A DNA stretch of 64,000 bases. Source: Laetmonice hystrix (Eukaryota). Position numbers and translations under genes: made by a program. Location: assembly GCA_965235115.1 (NCBI GenBank), contig OZ249436.1, positions 18,850,001-18,914,000 of the forward strand, written 5' to 3'. This document shows, piece by piece, positions 57,746 through 64,000 of the stretch (position 1 is its first letter; every line of letters starts with the position of its first letter). The notes beneath the pieces were generated by a model. That model searched no databases. It had not been told where the DNA came from and was given only the letters and a program-made list of their open reading frames with translations.

Positions 57746-59145
57746 TAGCCATGGCAAGCCATTTTGAAACGTCACAAAAATAATTTTTTTAAAGATGTCA
57801 TTTTATTCACCATGATGTTAATATGAAAAATCTTTTTGAATTTTGTCCCTAGCCCAAATATTAAATGAGATACACACGTTTTTCTCTCTCAAGAATTGGA
57901 CCTTAAAATGAGCATTTTTTTCAAAAACGGGAAAAAAGTGACCCAATCAATTTTCAAGGTAAAAAATGCTTTTATTATGGCCAAATTTATATTAAGATGA
58001 TTCACTGGGACATGTACATGGTAATGAAAAACCAAAAAATTATAAATACCATATCAGTGTCATCACAATAACTGTAGAAATAGGGTACTCTCCATCGAAA
58101 AACGGCGCCCGAACACTCTTTTCATACATTTTTATACATTATAGCAACAGATAAGCCAATCTTTGTTAATAAATTGCTTTAAAAAAAACTTTTTTTCAGG
58201 AATTAGAATAATAGAAGCAAGAATTTGCTCAGATGTTACAATCTGATGAACATATTTTTAGACCTAGGGGGCCTTACAGTTGTTATAGGCAGGCAAGCTA
58301 AACCATCTACCTATTCTGTGGCTAAACTCCCACCACTGACCAGCCCGGGGAGGGGAGGAGCGGGCCGGGCCGGGACGTCCCGGCACCCGTTCGATGGGGT
58401 CGGGCGTCAGGGTCGGAGGCGGAGCCTGCGTTGGCCCGGCGGAGTTGGACAGGGGCAGGCCGGCTGCCTGCGGCGGGGCCGTGGAGGTCGGGAGCCCGGT
58501 CGCTCCCGCCCCGGTTGCGGGCTACGCAAACTCGCCTACACGAGTACAGCCGGGAGTTAGCGGCTTGCTCCCCGCCGACCCATGCAGTCTGGACTGGGGC
58601 GAAATGGCTTTCCGAGTGGGCTGAATAGTCTTTTACCAATGGGGCGAATCGTCTTTTCGAGTGGGGTGAATCGACCGGGGCAAATACCGAATCGAAGGCC
58701 CCTGAGTATGAGCGATAATAGATAATTTCATGGGGGCAGCCATGACACTCTTCAACTTGGCGGGACGGACACGATGTCTTTGCCTGACATTTAAATGTTG
58801 AATACGTCAATTTACTTCCAAAACGATACTTCCTGCTAAAACTAGACATCCAATATTGCCCTCTAATCTATGTAAAAGGAGCGTATATTACTTATAACGA
58901 TAAAGTATCTGGCGTCGAATACTTCAAAATCATTTACCAGCACGTGTTTCCAGGGCAGAACGTTTGACATGCGTATTTACTCAAACTATATTCATTTCTC
59001 CTTCGATCCCCTTAGTTTTTTAGTCTATTCAGCCTAATATTTCATCACAATCGGCCGTAATTGGCCGGGTGTCTTTCTGGGTCAGGAATTCTGAGTTCCG
59101 ACATTTTGGGTTGTGCGCGACACCTAGCGAGCATTGCCATCGCTA
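57746..59145 (-). mobile_element. Same element, copy 2, inverted, 7-bp TSD CTAGTAT
   Basis: Near-identical reverse complement of copy 1; CTAGTAT at 57739-57745 and 59146-59152. Confidence 0.9.
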
Positions 59146-59331
59146 CTAGTATAAGGCTGCACCGCCGGTAAACGCCGGCTTACTACCGCTTAGGTAGGCC
59201 CTTACGGCCTTAGCCTTACTCAGTTTAGAGTTAGACTCTACCAGGCTAAACTGCTGAGCCTGGCTTAGCATATTAATGCTGAGCCTGAGGCTGAGGCCGA
59301 GCCTGAGCCACTCAGCCAGGCAAGCTCCGAC

Positions 59332-60145
59332 GGTAAATAGTCGATTCGCCCCACTTCCGATTCGCCCCGGTCGATTCGCCCCACTCGAAAAGACGATTCG
59401 CCCCACTGGTAGAAGACGATTCGCCCCACTCGGAAAGTCGTTTCGCCCCAGTCCAGACTGGACGCTAACTGACTCTATCATTCTATCAGTCTACGTTTTT
59501 ATTGTCTCTTGAGTCTTGATACTATCCAGTCCAGTAAACAAGTCGTTTTGTGGACCAATTAAGGCCGACCGTCCGGCCCGGAGCGAGCTGCTAACTACCG
59601 GCTCTGTACCGCGTGCTGTTGCCGGCCCGTACCGGGCTCCCCACCTGCACGGCCCGGCAGGCAGGCGGCCGGGTAGCGAGCCGCTGACGACCGGCGGAGC
59701 TGTGTCTGTAGGCGGGTTCGCGTAGGCCGTATCGGCCTAGTGCCCTAGACGGGATCGTGAGCCTGCAACCGCCGCAGCCACCCGCCCGCCCGCCCGCCGG
59801 CAACCGGCCTGCCTCACTCCACCCAGTCCCCGCTTTCGACCCTGACGCCCGACCCTTCGAACGGGTGCCAGGACGTCCCCGCCCGGCCCGCTTCTCCCCT
59901 CCGAGGCCCGGTGGCGGCGAAGGCCCATCGAGACGAGACAGTATTAGTAATGGCCTACCAACTAACTATAAAAGCTCCAGTGTGGTTAAAGAACTTAGGT
60001 TAACTTAAATTAACTTCGAGATCATCGATGGGGCGAAACGACTTCAAGTGTGGGGCGAAACGACTAGGGGTGGGGCGAATCGACTAGGTTGTGGGGCGAA
60101 ACCGACCCGGGTCGAAACCGACCTGGGGCGAATCGACTATAATTC
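59332..60145. mobile_element. Non-autonomous TIR element with subterminal CGATTCGCCCC repeats and 8-bp TSD
   Basis: ATAGTCGATTCGCCCCA / TGGGGCGAATCGACTAT; GCTCCGAC at 59324-59331 and 60146-60153; MULE- or Merlin-like. Confidence 0.82.
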
Positions 60146-60499
60146 GCTCCGACTCTTGAACTGTTGAAGTTGAGGGGGGATGGGGTACTATCTTAGCAGA
60201 CAGAGCATCACAACTAATGTCATCTACACCAAATGAGCCACACAGTTTTCTAAAGTTCAACTCTCTGCCTTTTTTCTTCCGCCTTTACATTAACTCGAAA
60301 CTCAGAAAGTTATACAAACCCGGGGCCGGGGGTTTTGTTATGTCCCGCGGAATCCGCCATTTTTATTTTTATTCTCGTCTCGTGATAACTGAGGTTTCGA
60401 TTTAGGCCCGATAAATATTCAATAACGTGTTCTTAGATAAGAAATTAATAGCAATATAAGTAGGATCTAATATATATTGCTTTTAAAGAAAATATTTCA

Positions 60500-60986
60500 A
60501 CAATATTAAATTACAAGATTATCACGTATTCCGTGAGAATCTAACGAGAAGAGGAAGTCGCCATTTTGTACTATGAATGTCAGTGAGTGCCGAAAGAAAC
60601 AAACTCTTCCGTGTATGTCAATTGGCAAACAGGGGTGAGTTAACAAAAGAATTCTACCACAAGGAGCTGTGTGATAACTCGGTTTGCTCTCCATTCATCA
60701 GCTAGGATATTAGACAGTAGACGTTTTCATAAAGTGCTGAGTTTATGTTGACAGCCGACGGTTCAAGTCGCTTGCCGTGTTGGCCGACACTCCCCTCCTA
60801 CACTGACCGGGGGGGTTGATGGAAGCTGCCGCCGCCTGGCCTACCAACACGGTCCACACCCAAACGTTCACTGAACACTTGCATTCCGGTTCAAGGGACA
60901 AGTCCGATGAAACGTGTTCCACTGATACCACTGTTACGGGTTGAGTCGTGAGCGCTGGCAGCGCGCTGAAACGTGAAGAGAACAAG
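60500..60986. promoter_or_regulatory. Candidate promoter of the NAK kinase, possibly bidirectional with ASH2L
   Basis: CpG-containing unique DNA upstream of the ATG at 60987; YY1-like AAAATGGCG on the minus strand at 60559-60567; GGAAG motifs. Confidence 0.4.
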
Positions 60987-61101
60987 ATGAAGAAATTCTT
61001 GACAAAAATCGAAAACACCTTTGATGCCCAGCAGACATTTGCTGGGAAGGTTTTCAATGTGGGGAGGTATTCAGTGACGGTTGAAGATGTAATTGCTGAA
61101 G
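60987..61101 (+). CDS. AAK1: First coding exon of a Numb-associated kinase (AAK1/BMP2K family)
   Basis: MKKFLTKIENTFDAQQTFAGKVFNVGRYSVTVEDVIAEG then gtcagt donor. This matches the NAK N-terminus pattern MKKF...G(K/R)VFx(V/I)GRxxVTV(E/D)xV(I/L)AEGGF. Confidence 0.9.
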
Positions 61102-61749
61102 GTCAGTATTAAATAATTAAATAATCATTGCTTTATTTTAACTTAAGGCAGTGTACATTTAGCAGGCAACGGCTAAATAAGATTATCTTAGTTTGACTAA
61201 TTACTAAATCCAAACAAAATGCTTGGGTTATGGTTAGGGTCAGTCCTACGGTTAGTTTTATTGCAGTGTTGCCAATCTGCCTGAATCATTCGGGAGTCTC
61301 ACGAAAATTTAAAGCAAGTCCCACCCTCCTCCCGAATCACTCCAAGAATCTCCTGAAAATCACAAAAAATGTCTAAAGATTTTGAAGATTATCACTGTGA
61401 TAATGCCTACGAATGCTATGCTCAAAAGTTAAAATCTAGAAGATGGATTAAAAAAATGGCAAAAGCCTGTTATAATCACACTTGCCATGACTTTTATTTT
61501 CAATCAAAGTCCCCTTCAAATGGCACGAAAATGCATATTTTAATGTCTAAAATGACTTAGGTGCTACCCAGGGGCGAACACAGTTTATCTGCTTTGTTTC
61601 AAAGGCTTTTCGAGTGGATACGGCCGTCAGGCCAAAGGCAAAGTAAGTCTACAAAACACAGGATCGATCAAGTTACCGGGAGTGACATATCACTTAGTAA
61701 CGCCGTCTTATGATGACCATGGTGATATTGTTACGTCACAGTAGACCTG

Positions 61750-61875
61750 GGCCCGGTTCACAAACAAAGTCAAGTCAATTTTAATTAACTTGAAATCCAT
61801 TTTAACCAATCAGATTCAAGTAAAATTGACTTCAAGTCAATTAAAATTGACTTGACTTTGTTTGTGAACCGGGCC
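61750..61875. mobile_element. Hairpin MITE, Harbinger-like (CWG target)
   Basis: GGCCCGGTTCACAAACAAAGTCAAGTCAATTTTAATT and its exact reverse complement. Confidence 0.85.
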
Positions 61876-62216
61876 CAGGGCTCTCAAAAGAAGCCGGTCT
61901 GCGGCGGCAAAACACCGTCTAAAACCAGTTTGCCACTGCCTACTTTTTGTTGAATGACAAAAAATCTTTTTAACAATGTTCTTTTTTCACTTTTCTGCAT
62001 ATAGGATCCGCACACGGCCTCAGCATGTACCAAAACAACATGTCAGTGATGACCAATTGCCCCTCTCAGATGCCAGGAAATTGCATCTCAGGGGGGCATT
62101 TTTTCAATTTTTTTTCCAGAGGAGGGCCCTCGGACCCCCTCCCAGGGCTGTACCCCGCTGTACCCTGCTACTTTCTCTTCTGTACCCTGCTACTCCTGCC
62201 AACTTTGAGAGCCCTG
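61876..62216. mobile_element. hAT-like MITE with 6-bp TSD GTAGAC
   Basis: CAGGGCTCTCAAA / TTTGAGAGCCCTG; GTAGAC at 61741 and 62217; empty site in copy B at 54814. Confidence 0.8.
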
Positions 62217-62751
62217 GTAGACTTTGGAAAAAGCATAGATATTGTGACGTCACAATGGAAGTCAACAGATCGGGTTCTAAATCTACGGTCTGGCAGGCTG
62301 CTTTTTTCAGTGTTGTGAAGTGAGGGAGTGATTGGCTGTTACCTTTCCGACAGTCGATTTCATGTGAATAGTAGGTAGAATCCAACGGAAAAGTCACTAA
62401 ATGTTTGGAATCTGTTTATAGGAGTGGCAGATAAGGTAGCGGTTTGTAGATTGCCGTGCGTTGAATTTCGATGCAGTGCAATTGAAGCAGATTGCTCCTA
62501 TTTTGGTGGCTCCATAATACCAGCAAAACCAGCATTTCCATATCTGATCGATGCACCGTATGCAGTTCCTTGGGTATAGAGCTCGCTTTGCGGCTTGCTG
62601 TGCTCGCTATTATTAAAAAATTTTCCCCAGGGCGTGCCCACGGACCGCCCTGGCAGGGCTTCGCGGCTGACGCCGCTCACAATTCCTAAACCTCCAGAAA
62701 TTCAAGCTCTACCAGGTTGGCAACACTGTTATTGTGTAGCTATGTGGGAAC

Positions 62752-63330
62752 CTGGGGCTCGTTTCACTAAGCTGGCGACATCGCCCGTCATAAATGTGGC
62801 CCCCTGCGGCCAAAGTTAAAGCAATGGGGCATGTTGCCAGAATGAGCAACATTATGTGACGTGCCATACCAAAACCAGGTGGAATTCGCATGTGTGAAGT
62901 TCTAAGCTAGGGGGGTCAAAAGGTCAGATTTCGGTGATTTTGAGATTTTTCAAGAAATCAAAGGCCACATTAGAAATTATAAATTTATGTCGAAAACCCG
63001 GTCTATGTTGATAAAAAATGGAATTATTTGGGCTTGTTTCACATGACTAACCTCAGAAATAAAGGCCGAAAAATTTCAACATTCAGGGTCAAAGCTGTTT
63101 TTTAGCCTTTTTTTCAAAATCAGCAACTCATAAACTGTCACACGTTCAAACTTCGATATCTTCAGATATATTTTGAAGCTTGTGACCTGTACGTTTTGAT
63201 TATTCAATAAAACACACATCAATTTTTGCTGACTTCTGCCTGGTTTTGGCATGGCCCCTCACATATTACCTTATAGGGGGTGGCGAGGTCCCATTTGGCG
63301 ATGTCGCGGGCTTAGTGAAACAGGGCTCAG
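62752..63330. mobile_element. Harbinger-like MITE containing a TA-flanked TIR element (62855-63263)
   Basis: CTGGGGCTCGTTTCACTAAG / CTTAGTGAAACAGGGCTCAG; inner TGTGACGTGCCATACCAAAACCAGG / CCTGGTTTTGGCATGGCCCCTCACA. Confidence 0.72.
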
Positions 63331-63624
63331 CGGGTGCGTCCCCACCCCCCCCCCCACCCCATTCCCCCAGACACAATGTTGAAACAGGTCTATGAAAGTT
63401 ATGTTTCACATGATTTGGGGTCTAGGTGACAAAGTTTTAGTTTCTGTACAAGAAACTCCCAACAATATATAGGTTTACTCTTAATGTAATGAGAGTGATT
63501 TCAAGAAAGGCTCAACTTCTGGAAACATGCTCCTTCCTGACATATTGCCCCAACATTCTGGGTAGCAGGCCACTACGTTGATTTAACTAATTTAGACCAC
63601 GACACTGTCTTTTGAACAGTGTAG

Positions 63625-63761
63625 CAGGGCTCGAAAACTGAGTTATCAGATTTTTAAAAGCAGTAATAGACAATATTCTGCAACTCATCTCTTAATTTGA
63701 TTCGTAATAGACTGATTTTGGGATGCAAATTGCAATGCGAATCCAGTTAATTCAAGCCCTG
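63625..63761. mobile_element. Small hAT-like MITE with 5-bp TSD
   Basis: CAGGGCTCGAA / TTCAAGCCCTG; TGTAG on both sides. Confidence 0.7.
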
Positions 63762-64000
63762 TGTAGTGTTAAAAACTTGTCTACAGAATTTAACAGAACC
63801 CACAGGAATACTAGTAAAAAGTTTAACATTCACTGTCCAATTTAGTGAACCTTTCTCATCTGGCTATAGATCTAGACTGCAAGATTAGGCTCTAAAATAG
63901 CCTAAATTACCAGAGCTTGAGAGCGGGGAGGGGGGGGGGGCTTTGCTCCTCCTGTGCCCTGTGCCCCTAACCAGGGCGCTGGCTTTGGTTTGACCTTGAC

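Larger units (their letters stand above)
61558..62612 (+). mobile_element. Dispersed repeat, copy C
   Basis: Colinear with copy B (54078-56055). Confidence 0.7.
61264..62728. mobile_element. hAT-like element with 6-bp TSD, host of nested insertions
   Basis: TIR CAGTGTTGCCAA / TTGGCAACACTG; TTATTG on both sides. Confidence 0.78.

Noticed and set aside
56599..58849. Duplicated ORF MSSFSRKYRFGSK...
   Set aside because: Lies inside the non-autonomous element, is frameshifted between the copies and shows no transposase motifs.
56303..59145. Single foldback (Galileo-like) element with 1.4-kb TIRs
   Set aside because: The outer flanks share no TSD, whereas each arm has its own TIRs and TSD.
60540..60567. 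ATGGCGACT... on the minus strand as the ASH2L start codon
   Set aside because: In-frame TAG after seven codons and no phase-2 donor; at most a promoter or 5' UTR motif.

Overview
Eukaryotic (animal, probably invertebrate) genomic DNA with GT-AG introns, many minisatellites and many non-autonomous DNA transposons. The backbone is ASH2L (COMPASS/Set1 complex subunit) on the minus strand. I traced 16 phase-consistent coding exons from 53115 down to the stop at 3886, about 620 codons; the first exon was not located. One ASH2L intron is 40.8 kb (6290-47061) and splits the SPRY domain. It hosts at least two antisense nested coding units: a single-ORF mucin-like type I membrane protein (25558-26907) and a multi-exon, disordered protein of about 1330 aa (about 31116/33199-43722). 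Both end in class I PDZ-binding motifs. The first coding exon of an AAK1/BMP2K (NAK) kinase starts divergently at 60987. The most unusual structures are: (1) a 33-bp minisatellite made of the ASH2L exon end plus its 5' splice site, giving 24 tandem donor positions, with a second donor-site triplication in the nested gene; (2) two independent insertions of one 1.4-kb element, each with a 7-bp TSD, 55 bp apart and inverted, forming a 2.85-kb palindrome; (3) multi-level nested MITE clusters. Most long ORFs in the supplied track are artefacts of tandem repeats.
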